This document shows positions 9,056-21,083 of a DNA stretch of 64,000 bases, piece after piece. Location: the NCBI GenBank assembly GCA_009859145.1, contig VRVR01000005.1, positions 426,153-490,152 of the forward strand, read 5' to 3'. The translations under genes and the position numbers were made by a program. Below the pieces are notes generated by a model, which was not told the origin of the DNA, did not search any database, and saw nothing but the letters and a program-made list of their open reading frames with translations. Each line of letters begins with the position of its first letter. Position 1 is the first letter of the stretch. Origin of the DNA: Andalucia godoyi And28. Lineage: Eukaryota; Protista; Jakobida.

Positions 9056-11767
9056 TCAGCGCTTCTTACCGAGGTTGCAGAAAACCATCACGAGATATGC
9101 GACAATCGTCCAGCCAATTCCAATATACAACATGTTTAGGATGCAGGTGGGAGCCTGGTTTTGCATGTAACCATATTCCTGATATGCCACGGCCATATCT
9201 GCATAATAATCAAAGCGGGATACCTCAGCGTCGTAATAGGCTTCAACACCCCATCGAGCGTACGACGTGTCATAGATCCACATTAAGCCAGGCTGAATGG
9301 AGCCGAGACTTGGCTGGAAGCCAGAGAGCACAATGGAATACAACAACGCAAGCACAATACCAACCAACGGTGCCATTGTTATGCCGTACAAAATCGTAAT
9401 GATGTATCCTAGCACGAATCCGTTGAAGTAAAACATCAGAGCGATGGCAAACAACAGACCGGCGTTCATCGACGTTTCATAGATGCACAGATACGCAAAT
9501 TCGAACAAACCTGCTGCAATCAGCATACGAAAGATGTCCGTGCAGAATTTGCTCAAGAAATAGGGCAAGGAGGGGAGTCCGGACGCGACCTCTCTCCAAT
9601 AGTTCACTTCTTCCGGTCCGAATGTCGAAACCCCCGAAGCTATGCCAGCAAAGGTGAGGCCCCAACAGATGAATACTGCAATGACCTGGTACTCGTCCTG
9701 GAGTGGGTATGTGCAGAACCCCATGAGCATCACTGGGCAAAGAGCGGACCGGACATTCGAGGGAAGTGGGCCAACAAACTGCAGCTGCTTCGCGGCGATT
9801 CCAAGGAACAAGCCACAGAGCAAATGAAGCACGTTTTCACGAAGGAAAGCGCCAGCGGAGCTGAACCTACTGCGGAGCGAGCGGCGAAAGCACAAATAAA
9901 ACATCATTGGAAACGAGTGAATGACCAGACTGACGTTTTTCCACGCCAGACTTTCTTTCACAAATCGGCCCACGTCCTGCAATGCAAGCCAACCGTCAAT
10001 CAAAAAGTCACTTGCGAGAGCCTTCACGCGATACGACGCATTCTTTGGTTTCTTGTATTTCTCGTGCTCGCGCTCATTCTTCTGCTCCGTCATCCCTTTG
10101 GAAGATTCTGGCGCAGGAGACGGTGGAGACGTGGAGGTATCGCCTTCTGGAAATATGTTCAGCTCTGGAACATCAACAATAACCGGGGAACTTGAAGCAG
10201 AACCGCTGGAGGCAAGAATTGCTTCTTTGGCATGCAGCGCAAAATCCGATGCTCTTCGATTTAGTGGTTCGTTACCGGGCTCGGAAGCGCGCTTGACATA
10301 CTCCAGCCATATCGAAGGAAGGACGACGGGGTCAAAGGGAAACGTGGAATCCCATTGCACTTGCCCGGCAACAATGTCCATGACGAAATCTGCGGCATTG
10401 ACTTTGGGGGGGCATACGAACCCGAGACCTTCGAAATAGGCAAGGACATCCTCTGTGGGCCCCATGTACGCCGTTCTGCCTCCTCTACCTAAAAGAAGCA
10501 AGTCATCGAATGCCGCGAAGATTTCGTATCGCGGTTGATGAATGACGGCTGCAACAGCAACACCCTGTTTTCTTGCAAGATTCTTCAACACTTTGCAAAC
10601 ATCCAATGAAGCAGTGGAGTCCAGCCCACTCGTTGGCTCATCCAAGAACAGAATTTTGGGATCCGAGACGATTTCAATACCAATATTCACGCGCTTTCGT
10701 TGACCACCTGAAATGCCTCGCTTGCGCTCATCTCCAATGATGGACTCTCGGATTCCAGACAAACCGAGCAATTTGATGGCATTGGCAACTCTAATTTTGC
10801 GGTCCGTATGTGACAGACTTCGATCACAACGGAATTCGGCGGCAAAGCTGAGGATATTCTGAACGGTGTCCGTGCGGATCATCACATCTTCTTGGGGAAC
10901 GAAGCCTACAGTGCTGCGGTAGTTTCCGAGGCCTTCCGCCTCTTCCTTGTCATTTACCAGCAATCTCCCTCGAGATTTGCGCACTTTCCCGGAAAGTACA
11001 GAGAGGAATGTCGTCTTGCCACAGCCTGACGGACCCATTACAGCACAGCACCGACCGGCAATGATTGTTCCCGAAACACCGTGCAAGACAGTCTTTCCAG
11101 AGGGCAGTGTCAGTCCAAGATCTTCGAAGCGAATGTCATACGTCGCCGCAACGCTTCCAGTAGAAGAACTCTCGCTCACAGGCCGCCTATCAAACTCGGT
11201 CGTCGTCACTGGTGATACTTCGGAAATCTTCATGTCCTCGTAGTGTTCGATGAAAAACGCACGCCTTCGACTTCTTCGTCGGTCCATGTAGCTCTTGAAC
11301 TGAAACGCCAGAAATATGCAAATCAAAGCCAGCGCGAAAAAAGCATACACGCCAACATGCTCTCCATCTACAGACCCTTCGGCGCACGACTCCATCCACG
11401 CACAGCGAAACGGCTCGATTTGCCCTGTTCTGCAATAGGACCCTGCCGGACACACCTTGATTTCCTTTGGAGTGGGGCAGTAGTATCCTTCGCAGCAGAG
11501 TACCGGCTGATTCGAACCTTCGGGGCAGTAGAGACCTGGCGAACAGGTGACGGATGCATTTGTCGTTTGGCAAAAGCTCCCAGCAGGGCATTTTGAATGT
11601 CCCGGAAGCTCAACGTTCTGCGCGCATGAGCACCGTCCGCTGGTCCCAGGACACTGTACAACCTGGAATTCATATGTTACAGCAGACGCAAACAAGGGGA
11701 ATACGAAAAACAGCAAAAACACAATATATGACACACACCCAACTCCCGACGAAACATGCCTCCGCAT
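9056..11767 (-). CDS. ABC transporter G family half-transporter with an N-terminal Cys-rich extracellular region
   Basis: Signal peptide, repeated CPxGxYC units, one TM, Walker A GPSGCGKTT, signature ISGGQRKRV, LFLDEPTSGLDS, IHQP and a C-terminal TM domain. Confidence 0.92.
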   Translation of the reverse strand: MRRHVSSGVGCVSYIVFLLFFVFPLFASAVTYEFQVVQCPGTSGRCSCAQNVELPGHSKCPAGSFCQTTNASVTCSPGLYCPEGSNQPVLCCEGYYCPTPKEIKVCPAGSYCRTGQIEPFRCAWMESCAEGSVDGEHVGVYAFFALALICIFLAFQFKSYMDRRRSRRRAFFIEHYEDMKISEVSPVTTTEFDRRPVSESSSTGSVAATYDIRFEDLGLTLPSGKTVLHGVSGTIIAGRCCAVMGPSGCGKTTFLSVLSGKVRKSRGRLLVNDKEEAEGLGNYRSTVGFVPQEDVMIRTDTVQNILSFAAEFRCDRSLSHTDRKIRVANAIKLLGLSGIRESIIGDERKRGISGGQRKRVNIGIEIVSDPKILFLDEPTSGLDSTASLDVCKVLKNLARKQGVAVAAVIHQPRYEIFAAFDDLLLLGRGGRTAYMGPTEDVLAYFEGLGFVCPPKVNAADFVMDIVAGQVQWDSTFPFDPVVLPSIWLEYVKRASEPGNEPLNRRASDFALHAKEAILASSGSASSSPVIVDVPELNIFPEGDTSTSPPSPAPESSKGMTEQKNEREHEKYKKPKNASYRVKALASDFLIDGWLALQDVGRFVKESLAWKNVSLVIHSFPMMFYLCFRRSLRSRFSSAGAFLRENVLHLLCGLFLGIAAKQLQFVGPLPSNVRSALCPVMLMGFCTYPLQDEYQVIAVFICWGLTFAGIASGVSTFGPEEVNYWREVASGLPSLPYFLSKFCTDIFRMLIAAGLFEFAYLCIYETSMNAGLLFAIALMFYFNGFVLGYIITILYGITMAPLVGIVLALLYSIVLSGFQPSLGSIQPGLMWIYDTSYARWGVEAYYDAEVSRFDYYADMAVAYQEYGYMQNQAPTCILNMLYIGIGWTIVAYLVMVFCNLGKKR

Positions 11768-12101
11768 TCTCTCCCCCCCCAAGTTAAAACCAAAAACCAA
11801 AAACCAAAACCGAAGTGAAATGAAAAAGGGAAAAAAGGGTTTTTTTTTTGGCTATTTGATGAAAACGCTCATCATGATGGATCGATGGATGGCACACCTT
11901 GTAGATTTCCCAGCCTCACTTGAAGCAACATGACAACCTGGGCAAATGTATGTTGCCGAAGCTTTAGCTTTCCAGTTCCGTGTTGGGCGACAGACGCGGA
12001 ATTTCCCTCTCGTTTCCCACGATTTGTGTGTAGTAGGCGCCAAACCAACAGAGTTTGAATCCCAGCAACGTGCAGATCGTTAGTGTTATTCGAAAAAGAG
12101 C

Positions 12102-15100
12102 ATGGATGATGATTTGGCTGTAAGGGCAGCTGCTTGGCAGAAGCTTCAGCAGCAGCGGTACTCGGACAAGTCTCGCGTTGGTGTTTCTCGAGTGGACAAG
12201 CCGGAGATGCCTCCTGAGCATGTTCGGAAGCTTGTGCGGGACCACGGAGACATGTCGCATCGGAAGTTCAGACACGAAAGGAAGCTGTATCTTGGAGCAT
12301 TGAAGTATCTTCCACACGGGATTCTCAAGCTGTTTGAGAATATGCCGATGCCATGGGAGCCGTTCCGAGAGGTGAAGACGCTGTACCACGTGACTGGAGC
12401 AATTACGTTTGTGAACGAAGTGCCGAGAGTTGTTGAGCCCTTGTATATTTCTCAATGGGCTGCAATGTGGCTTGCGATGAGACGAGAAAAGAAGGACCGA
12501 AAGCATTTCAAAAGGATCCGATTGCCGCCGTTCGATGACGAAGAAATGCCAATTGATTATGGAGAGAACATTCTGGATGTCGACCCGCCGGCGGCCATTG
12601 AGCTGGAGTTGAATGAAGACGAAGATGCTCCGGTTCTGAAATACTTTTATCAACCGAAGAACCTTGTGGACATGGGGCTCGTCAACGGACCAAGTTTCAG
12701 GTCTTGGAGACTGCCGCTGCCAGCGCTGTCCGCGTTGCATCGTCTTGCAAGCCCGCTGTTGGTTGACAACCTGGATCTCAATCGAAAGTTTTTGTTCAGC
12801 GTGAAGGCGTTTTTCACGGCCAAGGCACTAAACCAGGCACTTCCAGGAGGTCCCAAATTCGAGCCGTTGTTCAAGAACGAAAATCCAGCGAACGAAGACT
12901 GGACGGAGTTCAATGACATCAATAAGATCATTATCCGGCATCCGATCAGAACGGAGTACAGAATTGCATTTCCGCACTTATACAACAGCCGCCCACGAGA
13001 AGTTCACCAGTTTGTTTATCATCATCCTTCGCTGTGCTACAGTCAGACGGAGGACCGCTCGTTCCCAGCCTTTCATTTTGCAGATACTCTGTATCCGGTT
13101 CGACCGTTTCCTGTCCAGAGCAACGGTTACGATGTTGGTGAAACGTCCTTTGCCCTTCCTGCTGGTGTGGATCCTTTGTTCGAAGACGACATTCTGTTTT
13201 CTGATCAGACTGCTGACAGTATTCGCCTCCTATGGGCACACGAGCCGTTTGCACACCGACGTGGCTTCACCGTACCGGCAACGCAAATTCCGCTAATCAA
13301 AGACTGGTGGACCGAGCGTCCTTCGGCGGATGCACCACTTAAGACGCGGGTTTCGCATCAGAAGTTACTGAAGAACATGACCGCCACAGAACTGAAGCGA
13401 GAAGCACCGCCAAGCATCACACGGAAGGATTTGATGTCAGCATTCAAGAACACAAAGTTCTTTCAGCAAACCAGTTTGGATTGGTTGGAGGCGGGATTGC
13501 AAATTGTTCGGCAGGGATACAACATGCTTAATTTGTTGATACAGCGCAAAAGGGTGACCTATTTGCACTTGGACTACAACTTTACGCTGAAGCCGACCAA
13601 GACTCTGTCGACGAAGGAGCGCAAGAAGAGCCGTTTTGGAAACGCTTTTCATTTGATGCGAGAGATTCTGCGGCTGACGAAGCTGATTGTCGACGCGCAT
13701 GTCATGTTCCGTTTGGGCCATATTGATGCTTTCCAGCTGGCGGACGGGTTGCAGTACATTTTTTGTCACGTCGGACACTTGACGGGCATGTACCGGTACA
13801 AGTACAAGTTGATGCGGCAAATCCGAATGTGCAAAGACTTGAAGCACGTGATCTACAATCGATTTAACACCGGTCCTGTTGGAAAGGGCCCCGGTGTCGG
13901 ATTTTGGGCCCCAATGTGGCGCGTGTGGGTTTTCTTTTTGCGTGGCATCGTTCCTGTGCTGGAGCGGTGGCTAGGGAACCTGCTGGCGCGGCAGTTCGAG
14001 GGTCGAGTTAACAACAAAGTGCAGACAATGACCAAGCAGCGGACGGAAGCCACGTTTGATTTGGAACTCCGTGCATCTGTCGTTCAAGATATTTTGGATA
14101 TGATGCCCGAAGGGGTGCGCCAAAACAAGGTGCGCGTAATTTTGCAGCACTTGTCCGAAGCTTGGCGTTGCTTCAAAGCGAATATACAATGGAAAGTTCC
14201 CGGCATGCCCCTTCCGGTTGAGAATATCATTCTTCGGTATGTGAAAGCGCGTGCTGACTGGTGGATCAATGTCACCCATCAGAACAGAGAGAAGATCAAG
14301 AAAGGCCTTGTCGTCGACAAGATTTTGTGCCGGAAAAATCTTGGTCGGATTTCGCGGCTGTTCCTCCGAGAAGAGCATGAACGACAAAACAGTTACATGC
14401 GGGACGGGCCATATATTTCTCCACAGGAAGGTGTTGGAATGTACACTGCAATGGTGAATTGGCTGCATTCGCGACGACACATTATTATTTCTTTTCCGCC
14501 GACGACTTACAAGCACGACATGCAGATTCTTATTCTCGCTCTCGAGAAACTACGCGAGTCGTACTCGGTGAAGAGTCGACTCAATGCGCTCCAACGTGAA
14601 GAACTGGCCTTGGTGGAGCAAGCGTACGACAACCCCCACGAGACCCTTGCCCGTATCAAGAGAGACTTGTTGTCGAATCGGACGTTCAAGGAAGTGAATT
14701 TTGAGTTCAATGATATGTACACGCACTTGATCCCCGTGTACAACATTGATCCGCTGGAGAAGATCACGGATGCGTACCTGGACCAGTATCTGTGGTACGA
14801 AGCGGATCGCCGTCGGCTGTTTCCAAAGTGGGTGAAGCCTGCAGATTCGGAGCCTCCGCCAGTTCTTGCGTACAAGTTCTGCGAAGGCATCAACAATCTG
14901 CATGGAGTTTGGGACTGTGCCAACGGAGAGCGAACAGTCCTGGTGCAGTTGAAGTTGTCGAAATTGTTTGAGAAAATGGACATGACGTTGCTGAATCAGA
15001 TGTTGCGGTTGATTTTAGATCCTAGTCTTGCGGACTACATGACCGCCAAGAACAACGTTGTCATCAATTTCAAGGATATGAGTCATACGAATGTCTATGG

Positions 15101-18100
15101 GTCGATTCGTGGCCTACAGTTTGCTTCGTTCTTCACTCAGTTCTACGGCCTTGCTCTGGATTTGTGCCTCATGGGTCTCAGCCGTGCCGCAGACATTGCC
15201 GGAACTGTGAAGTCTCCAAATGCCTTTTGTTCTTTCGAATCTGCGTCCGTGGAAACGAAGCATCCACTCCGTCTGTATATGCGATCAGTGGACGAAGTGT
15301 ACATGGTCTTTCGGTTCAACGAAGAGGAAGCCGATGACCTTGTTTCTCGTTTTCTGACGGAGCATCCGGACCCAAACAACGAGAACATTGCCAGATACAA
15401 CAACAAAAAATGCTGGCCTCGGGATTGCAGGATGCGCCTCATTCGTTCCGATGTCAATCTCGGCCATGCCGTGTTTTGGATGCTTCAGAATCGCGTTCCG
15501 CCGTCTTTGTGTTCCATGGACTGGTCCGAGACCTTTGTATCGGTGTACTCCAAGGATAACCCAAATCTCTTGTTCAGCATGGCGGGTTTTGAAATCCGCA
15601 TGTTGCCCAAGATTCGCGCCCCGAATCAAGAGCTTATTTCCAAAGATGGTGTTTGGAATTTGAAGGAACTCCGATCGCAGGAAATTACGGCCCAAGCCTT
15701 CCTTCGAGTGTCTGATGAATCCATGGTGCATTTTGAGAACAGAATTCGCGCTATTCTGATGTCCAGCGGAGCGACAACGTTCACCAAGATTGCGAACAAG
15801 TGGAATACCGCTTTGATTGGTCTGTTGACATATTTTCGTGAATCAGTAGCGAATACTCCAGAGTTGCTAGAGTTGCTGGTCAAGTGTGAGAACCGCATCC
15901 AGAATCGCATCAAGATGGGGCTGAACAGCAAAATGCCAACCAGGTTCCCTCCTGTGGTGTTTTACTCACCAAAGGAGCTCGGTGGTTTGGGAATGCTCTC
16001 CATGGGACACATCTTGATTCCTCAAGCCGACCTCCGCTATTCTAAGCAGACGGATCTCGGGATAACGCATTTCCGTGCGGGCCTTGCACACGAAGAGGGT
16101 ACTTTGATTCCGAACTTGCATCGCTACATTGATTCCTGGGAGGCGGAAATTGAGGATTCACAGCGAGTGTGGACTGATTATGCTGTCAAGCGCGAGGAGG
16201 CCGTCTCGCAGAATCGCCGCTTGGCTCTGGAGGACCTCGAAAACACGCTCGATCACGGTATCCCGAGAATATCGACTCTTTTCCAGAAAGATCGGCAGAC
16301 TTTGGCATATGACAAGGGCTGGCGGGTACGCAGCGAATTCAAGAAGTACCAACTTGCAAAATTCAACCCTTTCTGGTGGACTCATCAGAGGCACGAGGGA
16401 AAGCTTTGGAATATCAACAACTATCGCACGGACGTTATTCAAGCGCTTGGCGGCGTCGAATGCATCCTTGAGCATACGCTGTTCAAGGGAACATATTTCC
16501 CGTCGTGGGAAGGACTGTTTTGGGAGAAGGGCTCCGGTTTTGAGGAATCCATGAAGTACAAGAAGCTCACGAATGCGCAGCGTTCTGGTCTGAGCCAGAT
16601 TCCCAATCGTCGATTCACGTTGTGGTGGTCTCCTACAATCAATCGTGCCAACGTGTATGTTGGCTTTGAAGTGCAGCTGGATTTGACTGGCATCCTCATG
16701 CACGGCAAGATCCCCACTTTGAAGGTTTCGTTAATTCAGATCTTCCGAGCTCATCTTTGGCAGAAGATACACGAGTCAGTTGTCATCGATCTTTGCCAGG
16801 TGTTGGACCAAAAGGTCGACGATCTGATGATTGAGACTGTGCAGAAAGAAGTTATTCATCCCAGGAAGTCCTACAAGATCAGTTCGAGTTGCGCAGACGT
16901 TGTGCTTTTGTCTTCGAGCCGCTGGCAAGTGTCGAAGCCCAGTCTGCTGACTCAAACAGTGGACGACTTCTCCTCGAATGTTACGACGAATCGCTTCTGG
17001 ATCGATGTTCAGCTTCGATGGGGAGACTTTGATTCGCACGACATTGATCGATATGCGCGATCGAAGTTCCTTGATTACACATCAGATCCGACGTCCATTT
17101 ACCCGTCCACAACGGGGTGTTTGATTGCAATTGACCTGGCGTACAATACATATTCTGCATTTGGAAATTGGTTCCCCGGATTGAAGCAGATTGTTGCGAC
17201 TGCCATGAGCAAGGTCATGAAAGCAAATCCGGCGATTTATGTGCTGAGAGAGCGTATTCGAAAAGCTTTGCAGTTGTATTCACAGGAGCCTGCAGAGCCC
17301 TTCCTGAACAGTCAGAATTACGGAGAATTGTTTTCCAATCAGACAAACTGGTTTATTGATGACACGCATGTCTACAGAGTGACGATGCACAAGACCTTTG
17401 AGGGGAACGTCACTACAAAGCCGATTAACGGCGGAATGTTCGTTTTCAACCCGAAAACGGGGCAGTTGTATTTGAAAGTGATTCACAGCTCGGTGTGGGC
17501 AGGCCAGAAGCGATTGGCGCAGTTGGCAAAGTGGAAAGCCGCAGAGGAAGTGGCCGTGCTGATTCGGACTCTCCCCGTCGATGAACAGCCCAAGCAGATC
17601 ATTGTGACTCGGAAGAGTATGATGGATCCCATGGAAGTGAACCTTCTTGATTTCCCGAACATTGTGATCAAGGGATCTCATTTGCACTTGCCCTTTCAGG
17701 CTGCGTTGAAACTGGAGGCCATCGGGGACGTTATTGCAACGGCTACCGAGCCGAAACTCGTACTCTTTAATCTTTTTGATGATTGGCTGCGGACTGTGTC
17801 TTCCTACACGGCATTTGCGCGACTGGTTCTTATTCTCCGAGCGTTGCACTTGAACTTTGAGGCGGCGAGAATCACTCTGCGACCAGATTTGTCCGTTGTT
17901 GTGCAGCCAAATCATGTGTGGCCCTCGTACACGGACGAAGAGTGGATGAAGGTGGAAGTTGAGTTGAAGGACATCATTTTGGAAGATTACGGAAAGAAAC
18001 ACAATGTCCCAGTGTCAGCGTTGACGCAAACTGAAATCCGAGACATCATTCTTGGCGTGGATGTTGCTCCTCCGTCTCATCAGCGTCAAGAAATTGCTGA

Positions 18101-19052
18101 GATTGAGAAACAGACACGGGATGCTAGTCAGCTGACTGCAGTGACCACAAAATCCATTAATGAACGAGGAGAGGAGGTTGTGGTTACGAGTACGACGAAC
18201 TATGAGCAGCAGAGTTTCGCTTCAAAAACCGATTGGCGCTCTCGCTACGTTGCTTCATCAAACCTCAGTTTGAGAACGCAACATGTGTATGTATCCCAGG
18301 ATCCTTCGCAGCGAACAATCCCCGGCGAAGAATCGTTCACGTATGTCATGCCCAAGGATTTGCTGAGGCAATTTTCGTTGATTGGGGATGTTCGGGTACA
18401 GATTGGGGCTTTCCTGTTTGGGCTGCCGGCGCGGGACAATTCCAAGGTGAAGGAAATACGCTGCCTTGTCGTTCCTCCGCAGTTGGGCTCTCCGCAGTAT
18501 CTGACGCTTCCGCATCGAATTCCGGTCATGAGTTCGTTGGAGAACCTCGAGTTTCTTGGTTGGATGCACACACAGGCTGGCGAAGTCGGGGTCATGTCTC
18601 CTTTTGACGCTGCGATTGATTTCAAGCTTAGGCAGGCTCTCGGCCACGCAGTCGACGGATCTCATCAATCAATCGTCATTGCTTGTTCGTATGCGTCGGG
18701 ATGCTTGGAGCTTGGTTCGTACTCTCTGAATTCCAAAGGCCTTGAATGGGGCAAGAGTGTCAGAGATATTCGCGAAGTTTCTGGGTTTTCCAAGCTCATG
18801 TTCTCCCGTCCAACGCTGTTGCTCTCGGATAATATTTCAGGGTTTTTTGCGGTGCCGACGCTTGACACTTGGAATTACAATTTTATGGGCATTCGTCACG
18901 CAGATGCAGCTGCGTCGTATGAATTGAAAGTCGGTTTGCCCCTAGACTTTTTCCACCAGTCTCATCGCCCAATGCATTTCTTGGGTTTTGTTGGGCAAAA
19001 TACAGCTACGGAAGAAGACCTTGCAGATCTCATGGCGTACATCACTGTTTAA
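12102..19052 (+). CDS. PRPF8: Pre-mRNA splicing factor Prp8 (2316 aa, intronless, no intein)
   Basis: Near-continuous PRP8 motifs such as [10 protein letters not shown]-like, [23 protein letters not shown] and [34 protein letters not shown], plus a C-terminal Jab1/MPN region. Confidence 0.99.
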   Translation: MDDDLAVRAAAWQKLQQQRYSDKSRVGVSRVDKPEMPPEHVRKLVRDHGDMSHRKFRHERKLYLGALKYLPHGILKLFENMPMPWEPFREVKTLYHVTGAITFVNEVPRVVEPLYISQWAAMWLAMRREKKDRKHFKRIRLPPFDDEEMPIDYGENILDVDPPAAIELELNEDEDAPVLKYFYQPKNLVDMGLVNGPSFRSWRLPLPALSALHRLASPLLVDNLDLNRKFLFSVKAFFTAKALNQALPGGPKFEPLFKNENPANEDWTEFNDINKIIIRHPIRTEYRIAFPHLYNSRPREVHQFVYHHPSLCYSQTEDRSFPAFHFADTLYPVRPFPVQSNGYDVGETSFALPAGVDPLFEDDILFSDQTADSIRLLWAHEPFAHRRGFTVPATQIPLIKDWWTERPSADAPLKTRVSHQKLLKNMTATELKREAPPSITRKDLMSAFKNTKFFQQTSLDWLEAGLQIVRQGYNMLNLLIQRKRVTYLHLDYNFTLKPTKTLSTKERKKSRFGNAFHLMREILRLTKLIVDAHVMFRLGHIDAFQLADGLQYIFCHVGHLTGMYRYKYKLMRQIRMCKDLKHVIYNRFNTGPVGKGPGVGFWAPMWRVWVFFLRGIVPVLERWLGNLLARQFEGRVNNKVQTMTKQRTEATFDLELRASVVQDILDMMPEGVRQNKVRVILQHLSEAWRCFKANIQWKVPGMPLPVENIILRYVKARADWWINVTHQNREKIKKGLVVDKILCRKNLGRISRLFLREEHERQNSYMRDGPYISPQEGVGMYTAMVNWLHSRRHIIISFPPTTYKHDMQILILALEKLRESYSVKSRLNALQREELALVEQAYDNPHETLARIKRDLLSNRTFKEVNFEFNDMYTHLIPVYNIDPLEKITDAYLDQYLWYEADRRRLFPKWVKPADSEPPPVLAYKFCEGINNLHGVWDCANGERTVLVQLKLSKLFEKMDMTLLNQMLRLILDPSLADYMTAKNNVVINFKDMSHTNVYGSIRGLQFASFFTQFYGLALDLCLMGLSRAADIAGTVKSPNAFCSFESASVETKHPLRLYMRSVDEVYMVFRFNEEEADDLVSRFLTEHPDPNNENIARYNNKKCWPRDCRMRLIRSDVNLGHAVFWMLQNRVPPSLCSMDWSETFVSVYSKDNPNLLFSMAGFEIRMLPKIRAPNQELISKDGVWNLKELRSQEITAQAFLRVSDESMVHFENRIRAILMSSGATTFTKIANKWNTALIGLLTYFRESVANTPELLELLVKCENRIQNRIKMGLNSKMPTRFPPVVFYSPKELGGLGMLSMGHILIPQADLRYSKQTDLGITHFRAGLAHEEGTLIPNLHRYIDSWEAEIEDSQRVWTDYAVKREEAVSQNRRLALEDLENTLDHGIPRISTLFQKDRQTLAYDKGWRVRSEFKKYQLAKFNPFWWTHQRHEGKLWNINNYRTDVIQALGGVECILEHTLFKGTYFPSWEGLFWEKGSGFEESMKYKKLTNAQRSGLSQIPNRRFTLWWSPTINRANVYVGFEVQLDLTGILMHGKIPTLKVSLIQIFRAHLWQKIHESVVIDLCQVLDQKVDDLMIETVQKEVIHPRKSYKISSSCADVVLLSSSRWQVSKPSLLTQTVDDFSSNVTTNRFWIDVQLRWGDFDSHDIDRYARSKFLDYTSDPTSIYPSTTGCLIAIDLAYNTYSAFGNWFPGLKQIVATAMSKVMKANPAIYVLRERIRKALQLYSQEPAEPFLNSQNYGELFSNQTNWFIDDTHVYRVTMHKTFEGNVTTKPINGGMFVFNPKTGQLYLKVIHSSVWAGQKRLAQLAKWKAAEEVAVLIRTLPVDEQPKQIIVTRKSMMDPMEVNLLDFPNIVIKGSHLHLPFQAALKLEAIGDVIATATEPKLVLFNLFDDWLRTVSSYTAFARLVLILRALHLNFEAARITLRPDLSVVVQPNHVWPSYTDEEWMKVEVELKDIILEDYGKKHNVPVSALTQTEIRDIILGVDVAPPSHQRQEIAEIEKQTRDASQLTAVTTKSINERGEEVVVTSTTNYEQQSFASKTDWRSRYVASSNLSLRTQHVYVSQDPSQRTIPGEESFTYVMPKDLLRQFSLIGDVRVQIGAFLFGLPARDNSKVKEIRCLVVPPQLGSPQYLTLPHRIPVMSSLENLEFLGWMHTQAGEVGVMSPFDAAIDFKLRQALGHAVDGSHQSIVIACSYASGCLELGSYSLNSKGLEWGKSVRDIREVSGFSKLMFSRPTLLLSDNISGFFAVPTLDTWNYNFMGIRHADAAASYELKVGLPLDFFHQSHRPMHFLGFVGQNTATEEDLADLMAYITV

Positions 19053-19135
19053 CGTGTTTGCCGTAACGTCCGCCTTCCCTTTTTTCCTCTTTTTTTTTCT
19101 GGTTCCTTTTTCGGATTTATAAAACAGTACCGCAT

Positions 19136-20632
19136 TCACCCTTCCTTCTCAGCATTGCCTTCTCTGTCATTTCTGCCTCTATCACTACTGCTGATGTCAT
19201 TGACACTGCTATTCTGTGTTTCTCGACTGGACGCTGCTGCCTGTGCCAACGTTTGGCTTATTAACGCTTCATCATTCGAATTCCTCATTAACTCGTCTTC
19301 TCCCTCCTCCTCGCGGTCTTCAACGGGAAAGAACACCGTCCCGTCTTCTACAATGCTACGAAATACACTTTCAACAACGCGGACCTGGTCATCGTACAGG
19401 AACCAAGACGTTGCACACGGTACCTGCAGTACGGACTCCGCAGGAAACACGGATGTTGGGAACGTGGAAATCTGCGTTCCGCTCGACATCAGAACACCGT
19501 CGGAGTCGAAATCCATCGTCGCGGGGGCGAAATACCGCAGCATCGTCAGCACGATGTCCTGAGAGAATTTCGGGTCCTGCGACACAAAATGGAGGTTGTA
19601 CTTTGAAGATGGACACATCTCTAGCGAATCGTCGGATTGCAAAATATACACGGCGCCTTCAAGGCCATATGTCTCTCCGTCGACGCTCGCCACGGCGTAG
19701 TTTCCACGCTCGAGGCCTGTGATGATGGGAAATGAAGAAATGCAGCAAATCGCCTTGGACTTTGTGGACACCGGAAACGAAATGGCCTTTTTGAAGCACA
19801 CCGAGACACCTTCGCCGTACCGTGGCACGACATGGGCCTTGAATGTATCTTCGCGACCAGCATCCGTGTTCGCAGTGGCACTCTCAATGATGCAGTCCAA
19901 GATGTAGACGGCCCCGTGGACAGCAGCAGTGCGGCAAAATGCTTGCGGAATTTCTGCGGATCCAAAGAACGGATACAGCATTGGGTTCGGAGCATAGACA
20001 CCGCACGATGCCACCAACCAGTTCCATCGACTCCTGAACGTTTCCAAGGAGCAGCTTGCCTCCGTTTCTTCGAATAGCATAAACCGGAGCACCATTCTCC
20101 GAATCTTCGCATTCAGCTTGTGCTCATCCATTAGTGCAGAAACCGAGAACATCTCTCGATCCTCGGTGCCCGTCGCGATCTCTTGGCACGCTTGGAAAAA
20201 CCTCATGATGCTGCGTTTCTCGAGCGGCGATAAGCTACTAGTGGAAAACACTTCCGATCGAGAAAGGGGAACTTGCAGCCACGCCTTGGACGAGGACGAG
20301 GACGAGGACGACGATGACTCGTTCTCCCACAAATAGAACCCAACAGGATCTCGAAAGTCGACGTACTTGCCGATTCTGGACCGAACAAGCAGATCGACAA
20401 GCGGTCCACCTGCATACAAAAGTATTGGAAGATTGTCGTACAGACTCTTTGGAACAATTCTCTCCCGTTCTCCATCCAAGCGCGTAAACGAGTGCGTCGC
20501 GCTGCTTCCTCCGTAAAAGTCTGCGCAGTCCACGTGAACAACCCTCTTCCCAGCGCGAGAAAGCGCCGCAGCTAGGATGGACTCCGCGAGACCCGTCCCA
20601 CATATCAGAAAATCCGCTTCAATGCACTCCAT
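19136..20632 (-). CDS. Rab escort protein / Rab-GDI family protein
   Basis: DFLICGTGLAESILAAALSRAGKRVVHVD..FYGG, LLYAGGPLVDLLVRS and LYPFFGSAEIPQAFCRTAAVHGAVYIL are GDI/REP motifs. ATG at 20632. Confidence 0.85.
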   Translation of the reverse strand: MECIEADFLICGTGLAESILAAALSRAGKRVVHVDCADFYGGSSATHSFTRLDGERERIVPKSLYDNLPILLYAGGPLVDLLVRSRIGKYVDFRDPVGFYLWENESSSSSSSSSSKAWLQVPLSRSEVFSTSSLSPLEKRSIMRFFQACQEIATGTEDREMFSVSALMDEHKLNAKIRRMVLRFMLFEETEASCSLETFRSRWNWLVASCGVYAPNPMLYPFFGSAEIPQAFCRTAAVHGAVYILDCIIESATANTDAGREDTFKAHVVPRYGEGVSVCFKKAISFPVSTKSKAICCISSFPIITGLERGNYAVASVDGETYGLEGAVYILQSDDSLEMCPSSKYNLHFVSQDPKFSQDIVLTMLRYFAPATMDFDSDGVLMSSGTQISTFPTSVFPAESVLQVPCATSWFLYDDQVRVVESVFRSIVEDGTVFFPVEDREEEGEDELMRNSNDEALISQTLAQAAASSRETQNSSVNDISSSDRGRNDREGNAEKEG

Positions 20633-20982
20633 TGCTTGTTCCTTTTCTCTTTCCAACCCCCTACACAGCGCAGCTTGCCACTGCAAAATATTGAGCGAGG
20701 CAACACAGTGAAAAAATGAAACACGAAGAACTAAAAAATAAAGACATAAACAGATAAAGAATTAAAAGATGGAAGAAAAACACACGCGATAAGCAAATAC
20801 TGGATCCTTCGCCAGACGATTCGGAATCGACGCAGAATAGGTGATGCAGAACGGATGTAGTTGCCAGCTTGGTATCGTCGTCTCTGTTGATGGGGACCAT
20901 GCGCGAATGGGAGCCGCGCGTGATGGGTTGTTGGCGCCTGGGATGGGTCATGGAGTACAATCAACGGGTGAGAGAGAAGGAG

Positions 20983-20986
<4 letters not shown>

Positions 20987-21042
<56 letters not shown>
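20987..21042 (+). repeat. (AG)n microsatellite
   Basis: Direct reading; it lies between the IPO5 3' end and the REP start. Confidence 0.95.
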
Positions 21043-21044
<2 letters not shown>

Positions 21045-21083
21045 TTTAAGATTACAATATGAAAAAAGAGATGCTGATATCAA

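Noticed and set aside
12102-19052. Possible PRP8 intein
   Set aside because: Length is standard, and conserved segments, including the usual insertion region near [12 protein letters not shown], are uninterrupted.
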